Origin: Haliotis rubra
Lineage: Eukaryota
Reading direction: 5' to 3'
Length of the DNA stretch: 64,000 bases
Assembly (NCBI RefSeq): GCF_003918875.1
Contig: NW_025765066.1
Coordinates: 62,001 to 126,000, forward strand
Both the position numbers and the translations under genes were made by a program. Of this stretch, positions 1 through 11,679 are shown piece by piece (the stretch's first letter is position 1; each line of letters begins with the position of its first letter). The notes beneath the pieces are model-generated. The model did not search any database and was not told the DNA's origin. It saw only the letters and a program-made list of their open reading frames with translations.

Positions 1-2455
1 TTTACCAATGGTTATGATCTCCCTGCAGTTGAGATTTACCTACAGTTATGATCTCCCTGCAGTTGGGGTGTACCTACAGTTATGATCTCCCTGCAGTTGA
101 GATCTCCCCACAGTTCAGGTTTACCTATAGTTATGATCTCCCTGCAGTTGAGGTTTACCTACAGTTCTGATCTCCCTGCAGTTGAGGTTTACCTACAGTT
201 ATGATCTCCATGCAGTTTAGGTGTACCTACAGTTATGATCTCCCTGCAGTTGAGTCGTACCTACAGTTATGATCTCCCCGCAGTTGAGGTTTACCTACAG
301 TTATGATCTCCCTGCAGTTGAGATTTACCTACAGTTCTGATCTCCCTGCAGTTGAGGTTTACCTACAGTTATGATCTCCCTGCAGTTGACGTTTACCTAC
401 GGTTATGATCTTCCTGCAGTTGCGACTTCCCTCAGTTGAGGTTTAAATACAGTTATGATCTCACTGTAGTTGAGGTTTACCTACAGTTATGATCTCCCCT
501 GCAGTTGACGTTTACCTACGGTTATGATCTTCCTGCAGTTGGTGACCCCCCCTCAGTTGAGGTTTAAATACAGTTATGATCTCACTGTAGTTGAGGTTTA
601 CCTACAGTTATGATCTCACTGCAGTTTAGGTTTACTTACAGTTCTTATCTCCCTGCAGTTGAGATCTCCCCGCAGTTGAGGTTTACCAATGGTTATGATC
701 TCCCTGCAGTTGAGATTTACCTACAGTTATGATCTCCCTGCAGTTGGGGTGTACCTACAGTTATGATCTCCCCGCAGTTGAGATCTCCCCGCAGTTCAGG
801 TTTACCTATAGTTATGATCTCCCTACAGTTGAGGTTTACCTACAGTTATGATCTCCCTGTAGTTGAGGTTTATCTACAGTTATGATCTCCTTGCAGTTGA
901 GGTTTACCTACAGTTATGATCTCCCTGCAGTTGAGGTTTACCTACGGTTATGATCTTCCTGCAGTTGCGATCCCCCCGCAGTTGAGGTTTAAATACAGTT
1001 ATGATCTCACTGTAGTTGAGGTTTACCTACAGTTATGATCTCACTGCAGTTGAGGTTTACTTAGAGTTCTTATCTCCCTGCAGTTGAGATCTCCCCGCAG
1101 TTGAGGTTTACCAATGGTTATGATCTCCCTGCAGTTGAGATTTACCTACAGTTATGATCTCCCTGCAGTTGGGGTGTACCTACAGTTCTGATCTCATGCA
1201 GTTGAGATCTCCCCGCAGTTCAGGTTTACCTATAGTTATGATCTCCCTACAGTTGAGGTTTACCTACAGTTATGATCTCCCTGCAGTTGAGGTTTACTTA
1301 CAGTTATGATCTCCCTGCAGTTGAGGTTTACTTACAGTTATGATCTCCCTGCAGTTGAGGTTTACCTACGGTTATGATCTTCCTGCAGTTGCGATCCCCC
1401 CGCAGTTGAGGTTTAAATACAGTTATGATCTCACTGCAGTTGAGGTTTACCTGCAGGTATGATCTCACTGCAGTTGAGGTTTACTTACAGTTCTTATCTC
1501 CCTGCAGTTGAGATATCCCCGCAGTTGAGGTTTACCAATGGTTATGATCTCCCTGCAGTTGAGGTTTACCTACAGTTATGATCTCCCTGCAGTTTAGGTG
1601 TACCTACAGTTATGATCTCCCTGCAGTTGAGTCGTACCTACAGTTAGGATCTCCCCGCAGTTGAGGTTTACCTACAGTTATGATCTCCTTGCAGTTGAGA
1701 TTTACCTACAGTTATGATCTCCCTGCAGTTGAGATTTACCTACAGTTATGATATCCCTGCAGTTTGGGCGTACCTACAGTTATGATCTCCCCGCAGTTGA
1801 GGTTTACCTACAGTTATGATCTCCTTGCAGTTGAGGTTTACCTACAGTTCTGATCTCCCCGCAGTTGAGATTTACCTACAGTTATGATCTCCCTGCAGTT
1901 TGGGCGTACCTACAGTTATGATCTCCCCGCAGTTGAGATCTCCCCGCAGTTCAGGTTTACCTATAGTTATGATCTCCCTACAGTTGAGGTTTACCTACAG
2001 TTATGATCTCCCTGCATTTGAGGTTTACTTACAGTTATGATCTCCTTGCAGTTGAGGTTTACTTACAGTTATGATCTCCCTGTAGTTGAGGTGTACCTAC
2101 AGTTATGATCTCCACGCAGTTGAGATCTCCCAGCAGTTGAGATTTACCAACAGTTCAGATCTCCCCACAGATGAGGTTTACTTACAGTTTTGATTTCCCT
2201 GTAGTTGATGTTTACCTACAGTTATGATCTCCCCGCAGTTGAGGTTTATCTACAGTTATGATCTCCCCACAGTTGAGGTTTATCTACAGTTATGATCTTC
2301 TTGCAGTTGGAGTTTACCTACAGTTATGATCTCCCTGCAGTTGAGATTTACCTACAGTTATGATCTCCCCGCAGTTGAGGTTTACCTACAGTGATTATCT
2401 CGCTGCAGTTGAGGTTTGCCTGCAGTTGTGATCTCTCTGCAGTTGAGATCTCCTT
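1..2455. repeat. 34-bp minisatellite built from two related 17-bp halves (gcagttgaggtttacct + acagttatgatctccct); runs off the window start
   Basis: Directly visible head-to-tail units with no unique spacers; single 17-bp variants such as gcagttgagatctcccc are interspersed. Confidence 0.97.
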
Positions 2456-3905
2456 ATGCTGGACACCTTTCTTCAGATGTATTCTCCCTACTGCCGGGGA
2501 AAATTGTAAATAGAGAAAGTGTCGTGATCTACAAAGACGACGTACAGTTGATTTACAACTGACATGCATGTGGCATGTAGCTTTTCTTTGTATTGGGGAG
2601 GGAACATGCAAAGAGGATCAAATGGGTCGATCACAATAATTGGAATGTTCAAGACGACTCATGTTTGCATGTATGCATTTAATTTACTATCAAAGGCATG
2701 CTGACGGTCTTTAACCTGCCCGACATGATTGGTGTGAGGCAAGTCTGGTGGAAATATTTCAAACTTCCTCTCAATGTGTATGTGAGCCTTTCCAAGGATT
2801 GAAATCGCTGATGTAATACGGATAATATTTTAATCAACTCTCTGACAGCATTAGAATCTAGTTTTTAATGTCATTTAATGCAACTGAACAGTGTTTCCAC
2901 ATCCTGGTGAAAATCGTGGAGACTGAGAAGGATGTAAATGTGTTCATAGCCAGGGTTGAAACTTTTCTGCAATTTTAATTAACTTTCTCTTTCGACTTCG
3001 TGATATTCAACTTTACTCATTATGTATATAGAACAACATTAATTCAGTGTGTATTTCCCTCTTGGCGAAACGAAGCTGTGCAATGTGTACATGGCTGTAC
3101 TCCCGACCCTGCCACATCTGTACATGTGATGCACGAAAATAGATCCTGCGATGACGCATTCGTATGTCTTTGTGGTCTCTGAATAAAAACACATGTGACA
3201 ATATTCACGATATTGTGACATTATACATTTAAGATAGTGGTAGTATAGATATATAGTATGATGATGATGCGACAAACACATAAAATGGTAAAATAATAGT
3301 TATATTGATTGCATGCTATTACAGTAAATATTAATGACATCTATAGCTCTCTCTATAAACAACCGTACAAGTAATTGTACAGGGAATACCAGCTTCTTCG
3401 TTATAAGTAACACGATGTTTCGGAGTGAATTGTGGTGGTGTGTGGTCATGTGCATAGAGTTCAGTTCACGAATCAGTTGAATTTCAGCAACGTTTGTCAC
3501 AGGGAGTCCTTGGATGGGGGACCGTGTTTGGCAGCTTGATTCCTGAGAGTTTCTAGAACTTCTGTCTTGTGCAACAACGAAGCACACATGGCGCCTCACC
3601 TCAGGCAAGTGAGTTTGTTCAAAATTGCCTCTGTTAACCTAGCAGAAAAAGGGTACCCGGTGGGATAAGTCAAATGACTACTCGCAGCGTGGTATATCCG
3701 GGGTTATAGTGTCCATCATGCTAAATGCGCTTAGAACGTGTCCCTGCTGTTATGTTCAAGACTATATAAGTGGCCATATTATTCTTTCTCCTTCCAGAAT
3801 GTTCTGCGGAACGTGCCTTTCCTCAAAACAATGAAGTTGGCATTCCTCCCAATGTGTGGTTCACTTGTCCCTATTAGAGACTTTACATAGCAGTAGCTAT
3901 AGTCT

Positions 3906-4118
3906 GACTTCTTTGGGTGATATGTTAGAAGTTGGGAAGTACAATATTAAAGAAACTTTATGGATAACAACTTCTTCTATTTCGTGAGTGCGACGTTTCG
4001 ATACAGATTCTGGTACCCTTGTCAACTATTCCTGCTTGACAACGGTACAAGAATCTGTATCGAAACGTCGCACTCACGAAATAAAAGAATGCAATCCATA
4101 AAGTTTGCTTAACATAGG
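3906..4118. mobile_element. Fold-back (inverted) Penelope-like mini-element
   Basis: Long inverted arms around ~4030; homologous to 22267-22462 and to the 3' end of the Penelope remnant at 35110-35228; flanked by tatagtct (3898-3905 / 4119-4126). Confidence 0.75.
4033..4072 (+). ncRNA. Minimal type-I hammerhead ribozyme motif (U3-A8 core variant)
   Basis: tgc-TTGACAA-c-ggtaca/agaatc/tgtatc-GAA-acgt-c-gca: stem I tgc/gca, 6-bp stem II, palindromic ACGT stem III, GUC cleavage triplet. Confidence 0.65.
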
Positions 4119-4180
4119 TATAGTCTAGACATTGCTATTTAACATTTCACTCCCAGTACGAAATACCCAAAATGATGAAT

Positions 4181-4345
4181 AGAGGCTTAATCATTAATCC
4201 TGGGATTCCTGTACGCATTATATACTTTGTTTGTAAATCATATTCTGTCATTCACCAGTCCTGATGAAGGGTCAAGACCTAGTCCAGAAACGTTGTGTTG
4301 TAAATAATAAAGAAGTTGCAAATCCATACCATACGTTGTTATGTC
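4181..4345 (+). mobile_element. Short Penelope-like fragment with a degenerate canonical hammerhead core
   Basis: CTGATGA..GAAACGT at ~4261-4293 followed by aataaagaagttg..atccata, as in the other PLE ends here; 11-bp flanking duplication aaatgatgaat (4170-4180 / 4346-4356). Confidence 0.55.
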
Positions 4346-5083
4346 AAATGATGAATGCATTTTGCTAGTTTTCCTTGAAGCCTATACTTTACATATTTTC
4401 ATCAGTAGTTGTCTAGTTGATATTCAAGTTTTAGTTTCAGCTATGAGCTGAGATTATGCAGTCGTACACGTGGTGTGTTCATTATACACCCCGCCCGCCG
4501 TACAGGAAACGCCGCCTCTGTCACTATGTCGTGGGTTTAACTGTATCAATAGAATCCTATGCATAGGTCTGGGGAGTATGGAAATGCAGCAATATTGAAA
4601 AAGTACATGAATTGTGTTTCAATGTGGCGTTCAGATATAGCCTAACTTCACACCTGGTTTGAAATGATTCACAGATTCCATTGATCATTTCAACAGTGAT
4701 AACATAAAGAACATTGAAAAGAAAACATATTTTGGTGGTTGCCGATATGTTGATAATGTACATATGCGTGTTTGGTGTATGACGGCTTGGTGACCATGGT
4801 AGTGACAACAGTCAGAGATCGTGACACCGTTTTCCTGGTAGTTGTGTCTATAGAATTTCCACATGCATTCTCTAGTTCGTGTCAGTGGTCGACACACATA
4901 TAATGTTAGAAATATTGTGCGTACGTGTGTGAATGTGGGTAAACGTGTGCGCCATTGATTTTGAGCTAAACAACTGCAGTAGGAGAGGCACTCGTCTAAT
5001 ACAAATATGAACGACACACAACATTATCCTGTTACTGAGTTTATCCGTTCTTAGAATAGATACTCCGTATACTCTCTGAAACA

Positions 5084-5192
5084 GGGGAAGTGGGGTAGCC
5101 CAGTGGTTAAAGCGTTCGCTCGTCACGCCAAAGGCGCAGTGATATTGCTGAAAGTTTGCTAAAAGCAGCGTAAAACCATACTCACTCACTCT
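5084..5192 (+). mobile_element. tRNA-derived SINE family 1, internally deleted copy
   Basis: Head gggtagcccagtggttaaagcgttcgctcgtcacgcc joined to the 3' tail and (cact)n; homologous to 18743-18911. Confidence 0.75.
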
Positions 5193-5699
5193 CTCAAACA
5201 TGTTGGGGATCGTGAACTGTGAATATCAATACCAAAGATAAAACAAAGAGAAGTGTTGAAGACACCAGCCAATGCAACGCAAGAACGTTAATATCTGTGA
5301 AACGTACCACTAAACCACACCCAGAGACATATAGTTTGCACGTGTAGTTCGTACGAGCGTCAGTCACGTGCGAAGAACACTATTCCTGACTTTGAAACTT
5401 TCAAGGATGGTTGATCAGTCTGTAGAACTGCTGTCAATGTTGTGATTTACTTAATTTCAATGGTTCAAGGGATGCGGCGCCTGCGCCATTAAGTGCAAAA
5501 CTGGACGATGTCAGCGTGCTGTGGAATTATGGTCAATGTTTGACAGCATGTAATAACATGTACCAGCACACCAATAATGGTGACGATCGATCCCATTAGC
5601 AGTATACTAAGATGGACAAGATCGATTGACCTGAAACCAACCTTTACAATATGCAGCACAAACAACAAAACAAACTGCTGTTGTAGTAACAGTCGCATA

Positions 5700-5835
5700 C
5701 GGAGAAGGTGTTGGTGTCGATGATGTAGGTGGTGGTGTTAGTGGTAGTATTGGTGGAAGTAGTAGTATTCGTCGTCGTAGTAGTAGCAGCAGTGGTGGTG
5801 ATGATGGTAGTGGTGGTGGTGAAGATAAATAATAG
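5700..5835. repeat. Degenerate (GTG/GTA)n trinucleotide tract
   Basis: Low-complexity triplet repeats. Confidence 0.8.
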
Positions 5836-7302
5836 CAAGGACATTTATAACTAGCAGTACACTAACACAAGTAATGCTCGTGGAAAATGTTCCCTTGCAC
5901 GCCAAATTTCAAGACAATTTCAATGCTTACAAAGGTATACCACCTGAATCTACTTTGATAGTACAGGGAGTATCTACTCCAGTGTACGACGTTAGTTCTG
6001 TACCAGTACAGTGTCTGTCTGTAACCCCAGCCTGAACTGTGGTAGTGTTCTAATTGTAAATGGGTCTATGCAAATGTTCTTCCCAATAACCCTGTGTCAA
6101 ATACAGCTTTGACTGTGGGTTATGTAAACGTCAATGCATTCCCGAGGAAAGATATTAAGTAGTCATAAAACACACTTATGGCTGCTGTTGCCGGGAAGTT
6201 TGGGCTATGTTTATAAGAATGTGTGTGCATTCTTGACGAGCGTGTGAGCAGCTGAAAACAACCCGAGTTCTGCCAGCATGACAGGGCAAGCATGTGTTGT
6301 AATAACGTGTACAATTGGGATATATTTAAATGCATTCACATTCGAAATCATGTTACAATTGAGGACTTAACACATGTTTCTGTCTTATACTAACAACCGC
6401 AAAGAAAAAAAAGAAAAGAAAAAAAAGAAAGAAAACATAGCAGTGACGATTCACCAGCATATTACGTTTTATTTTGGGTCGTCTCTACATGTCACACGTT
6501 AGCTCAAATATAGACAGGAACTAGAACGGAGGCTTACACCTTTCAAAAGTAGTACGTGAGTGAGTGAGTTTAGCTGTACCCCCGTTTTGAGCAACATTCC
6601 AGCAATATCACGGCGGATGGGACATCAGAAATGGGGCAGTTTATCTCCGATCACAAATACGAAATTGAAGCAAGATTAGAGAGCTTAGTTTGTACAACAG
6701 ACTGAAAAAGAACGATTTTCAGACCTTTCACGGAAGTGTCAAAATCAGAACTGATCCCCGCCCAACTTTCTGTTGGGAGTAACTGCGTGTTTTACCTGGA
6801 ATGTTTTTGAGTATTTAGGTTTTGGTTCTCTCTATTGATATTTTTTTAAAGCTAATCTTGATTTCAGAGACAGGTTTATGTTCGCATCATGGAAAACATG
6901 GTCATAACAGACATAGCTACACAAAATGTATATTGTAACAATGTAGACGTAGTGTATTATGTTGGATTGCGGTAAGGATGCCAATATGATGCCAATATGA
7001 TGCCATATGATACAACACCTAAGTCAGACGGTTATATGAAATGATTAAACTGAGAAAGAATGCACGGGTTTCCAAAGGTAAATCACAGCAAGAACTTCCA
7101 TATGTAATTAGATATTAGCAGGACATCAACAAATTGGGCTTTAATGTATATGTGATATAGTTTTGCGGAAATCCCAAGATCAGTGACATCTTGTACACAT
7201 CCCTCAGTGAACACACATTGTGTACAGGAGATAATTCCTTACCGTGACAGGGGGCGTGTGTTATCTATGTGATTTCTCTGTATGATCTATCCGTTTTATA
7301 TA

Positions 7303-8718
7303 TACTGAACCGCAAAAGAAACGCAAGTCAAAATCCAGATTTAGAAAAACTAAATGCATGAAAACAGGTACATAATAACAATCAACACTTATTGCATGAT
7401 TATTGGGACATGTCAGTCAATGCATGGAACATTGTTGGTTTACTTTGCATTGAAGACAAAATCGAGGCATTGCTGCACATGTCCGGATGATGGCTGCCTG
7501 GAGTTCTGCTGCAGTTGTCGGACGTGGTCGGACTTCATTCAGTCGTCTCTGCAGCTCGTCCCAAAGTGTTCGATCGGGTTTAAATCGGGACTGACAGCAG
7601 GCCATGGCAGTAGTCGGATGTTGTGCTGCTGGAAAAATGCCTGAGTGACTCTAGCAGTGTGGGGCCTGGCATTATCTTGCTGGAAAATGTGTTGCTGGTG
7701 TTGGACACAAAATGGCACAACCTGGGGTCGGAGGATCTGGTCGATATAACGTTGGGCAGTGACTCCATTTCCCCGACCTGGCGCAATATTCTGGAAGAAT
7801 AACGGCCCTAATCTCTGATTCAGGCCATCACTGCCCATACCATAACGCTTGGACCTCCCCATGCATCAACTTCCATTACACATTCGTCAGCAAAGCGTTC
7901 ATCTCCTCTTCGCCATATTCGAACTCGGCCGTCAGCATGACAAATGCAAAACCGACTTTCATCAGAGAACAATACCAATCTCCACTGTTGTTGACGCCAG
8001 TTTCGATGCAACGTAGCCCACTGCAGACGATTCTGACGATGTCTCGGTGTGACGATAGCACGTCGAGCTGGACGACGACAACGGAGGTGGACTGCTCTGA
8101 GTCTGCGCCGAACTGTATCTCCGCTTATTGCTCGGTTGTCGCAGTCTGTCGGGCAGTCTCGTTGGCAGATAAGAATCGATCCTCCATGTGCGAACGTTGA
8201 ATGTGTCGATCTTGCCGTTGTGGTGTGACTCTCGGACGTCCATGACGTTGGCGGTCAGCAGTGGTCTGTGTAGCAGCAAAACGTTCCTGAAGACGGCAGA
8301 TGGTCGTTATGTGCACATCGAATGCATTGGCAACATCTGCAACACTCTGTCCAGCTTCAAGACGGCCGATGGCTTGTTCCCTCTCTTGCGTCGTTAACCT
8401 TGGCATTCTTGGTGGGCGTTTGTCGGGAGTGATTTCAAACTGATTTGAGGGCATTTTCATACACCGATGTGTCCGTGACATAATGCGCATCATGATTTTG
8501 ATGACAAACTTCTGCAACCACATCCCACGGCCAATTCAATTGCTGCGTTTTGGCGATGTGCAATATCCAAGAGAAATCACCAAACAGAACCTGAACATTA
8601 ACAAACTGTTTTTTTACAACAACGGTAACCAGTGTGTAGTTACACTATAATATTTAACAATGTTTTGTCGAATATTTCTTAATTTAGAAAAACTTGCGTT
8701 TTTTTATGCGGTTCAGTA
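7303..8718 (-). mobile_element. Tc1-family DNA transposon with a disrupted transposase (8406 to ~7417)
   Basis: TIRs tactgaaccgcaaaagaaacgcaagt / acttgcgttttttatgcggttcagta with TA on both sides; MPRLTTQEREQAIG HTH, FSDESRF, FQQDNARPH and WPAVSPDLNPIEH motifs spread over several frames. Confidence 0.93.
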
Positions 8719-9005
8719 TATGTATTTTATATGCATGATCTATGCGTTATATATATGTATTTTCTAAGTATGATATGTGCATTGTCTTTGTATTTCTCCG
8801 TATGATCTGTTAATTGTCTATGTAACTTCTCAACATGATCTATCAATTTCTATGTATGATCTATGCCATATGTATGTATTGTCTCTGTATTTTCTGTTTA
8901 TGACCTATTCATGTCCATGTATTTTCTCGGTATGGTTTATGTGTTGTCTATGTATATTCTCTATATCATCTCTACATTTTCTATACACTTTCTTTGTAAG
9001 GTATG

Positions 9006-9270
9006 ACCCGTGAAGATCTGGGTTATAATTGATCTTCAGTAACCCATGCTTGATGTAAGGGGCGACTAACGGGATCGGATGGTCAGACTTGGTTGACACA
9101 TGTCATCGTATCCCAATTGCGTAGATCGATGATCATGCAGTTGCTCACTGGATTGTCTGGTCTAGACTCGATTATCTACAGATTGCCGCCATATAGCTGG
9201 AATATTGCTGATTGCGGCGTAAAACTGTATTCACACACACACACACGCACACACACACACACACACACAC
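9006..9270 (+). mobile_element. SINE-like family 2 (no tRNA head; starts acccgtgaagatc)
   Basis: Homologous copies at 17214, 20964 (minus), 21839, 25799 and 37131; shared tail gctggaatattgctga.tgcggcgt.aaac followed by a simple repeat. Confidence 0.8.
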
Positions 9271-9989
9271 CTGTAAGATCTTTGTATTATTATCTATGTA
9301 TTTCCTCTTCCTGCCCGTTTATGTCTGTCATGTTAATATTTGATATGTAATATCTCCCAATCACTTCTAAACCGTGAGAAATCCATGCACATTATTTGTA
9401 TTTATCTGATTTTGATCGGATTTTATCTATGACTCACCAAAGCTGATAGAAATCTAACCGATAAGGGAATCAAGATACGGACCTCATATGAATAGTTGTG
9501 AAAATCAATTATTTGAATCTAGAAGCCAAAGTAGAAACTATTTCATCCCGGGTAAAAATTCAGTAATGTACGTGATGAGGAAACTGGTGGACGAACATCT
9601 CAAGTTGTTGTTTCTGAAACTTCATTATGTAGATGGCAGACTAAACAGAATTTAACAGATGATTCAATTTTGAGTTTATCGATTTTATATCCTTATGATT
9701 AGGAAGAAGCCTACAATTAACATTTATTCAAGATAAATGATTAGGGCTAGTTAATATGCATCGTCATTATTGTACAGGGTTATAAGGTCGCTGGTGCATC
9801 TTATCATACCACAGAGCTTCAGTAACTACGTCTGGAGTTTTAATCCTCGAATTTCCGTTTTAGGTTATGCGTTGACAAGCTCAAACAAAATATTTACAAA
9901 TTAAAAATGTGAAGTTACGAACCCTAACATATTTTGAAATTCAAGCGGATTTGAGTTGAGCATATGGTTCCTTCTGTTCCGTTCTTTGT

Positions 9990-10918
9990 CGACCTTGTAC
10001 GATTGCGTCTGGGTGTTTGACGTGTGTATAACGTACGTTCTCTGTAGGGTATGACGATTGTGTATATAACGGTACGTTCTATGTAGGAGTTTGATGTGTG
10101 TAGTATAACGTACGTTCTATGTAGGGCGTGACGTGTGTATAACGTACGTTCTGCCAGTGTAGGGTTTGACATGTGTATAACATGCGTTCTGTGTAGGGTT
10201 TGACGATGTGTATAACGTACGTTCTGTGTAGGGTTTGACGTGTGTATAACGTACGTTCTGTGTAGGGCTTGACGGGTGTATAACGTACGTTCTATGTAGG
10301 GTTTGACGATGGTATAACGTAACGTTCTCTGTGTAGGGTTTGACGTTATGTGTATAACGTACGTTCTATGTAGGGTTTGACGATGTGTAAAACGTACGTT
10401 CTGTGTAAGGTTTGACGATGGTATATAATGTACGTTCTATATAGGTTTGACGTGTGTATAACGTACGTTCTGTGTAGGGTTTGACGTATATAACGTACGT
10501 TCTATGGTGGTTTGACGTGGTCTATGTAGTAGGTTTTGACGTGTGTGTATAACGTACGTTCTATGTAGAGGCTTGACGTGTGTAGTATAACGTACGTTCT
10601 AGGATGTAGGGTTTGACGTGTAGTATAACGTACGTTCTGGTGTAGGGTTTGACGTAGTGTATGGCGTACGTTCTATGTAGGGTTTGACGTGTGTATAACG
10701 TACGTTCTGTGTAGGGTTTGACGGGTGTATAACGTACGTTCTATGTAGGGTTTGACGTGTGTATAACGTACGTTCTATGTAGGGTTTGACGTGTGTATAA
10801 CGTACGTTCTATGTAGGGTTTGACGTGTGTATAACGTACGTTCTGTGTAGGGTTTGACGTGTGTATAACGTACGTTCTGTGTATTGTTTGATTCGTATAG
10901 AATGTACGTTCTGTGTAG
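9990..10918. repeat. 34-bp minisatellite (gtgtgtataacgtacgttctatgtagggtttgac) with an internal AACGTACGTT palindrome
   Basis: Directly visible tandem units. Confidence 0.95.
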
Positions 10919-11679
10919 GCACATAATAGGATCAGTTTTCCTGTTGTGATCATATTGTTGAGATTGCATGCCAGGGGATCCATGGTGGGTTTAATGTTTT
11001 TAAGTAGTATAGAACGGTCATTCATGCTGAAGCATGAAAGAAACGTTACATGTTATAAACTAATTTGGAAAGCGAAAAGGGGTAAGAACCAGTGATGATG
11101 ATGAAAATAAATAGTAGCATGTCCTTAATGACTGACAACAGGGTAGTGATTGTGGTGTGTGTACTGCTGCTGTTCCTGGTGATGATGGTGATGATGATGG
11201 CGTTAATGATGATGATGACGATAATGATGATGGTGTACTGACCTTCAATGATATAATTGATCGTTACACCGATATAACTCAGATGTTGTTTGTAAAGAAA
11301 GTACTGATAATACTGCTGTCATGATGATCATAATACTGTTGATACTATCAGCAACAGTAACTGTAAGTGACGGTAGTAAATGTTCGGATGGTCCGAAGGT
11401 CAGGAACGTGTTTGTCAAGTTATATTTACATCAGGGGTGCGAGTGTTGTTGTGTGATTTCTCTCAGAAGTGACTCACAGTGTGACTACTCTTCTATGCAT
11501 GTCTTTAATCTCGTCTCAAACTATTTCCTTACAACTTCAAATTTCTTTTACAAGCCGGTTTCGTTCTTGAGGCGGAAATACATCAAAATCTGAATACAGT
11601 GCAAAGAATGTTTAACCTGTACTTATGTCATGAAATTCAAGGATTGTTCTCTGTCGGGCCTCGGCCATTCTCTCCAAGC

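Noticed and set aside
3600-3785. Old SINE with an L2-like tail
   Set aside because: Only faint motif resemblance and no second copy in the window, so it is not supportable as a feature.
1-10918. 34-bp repeats as CRISPR arrays
   Set aside because: Units are head-to-tail with no unique spacers, there are no cas genes, and the context is eukaryotic.
11321-11593. Signal-peptide-like 90-aa ORF
   Set aside because: The hydrophobic start derives from a (gat/act)-type low-complexity tract; no recognisable domain or paralog support.
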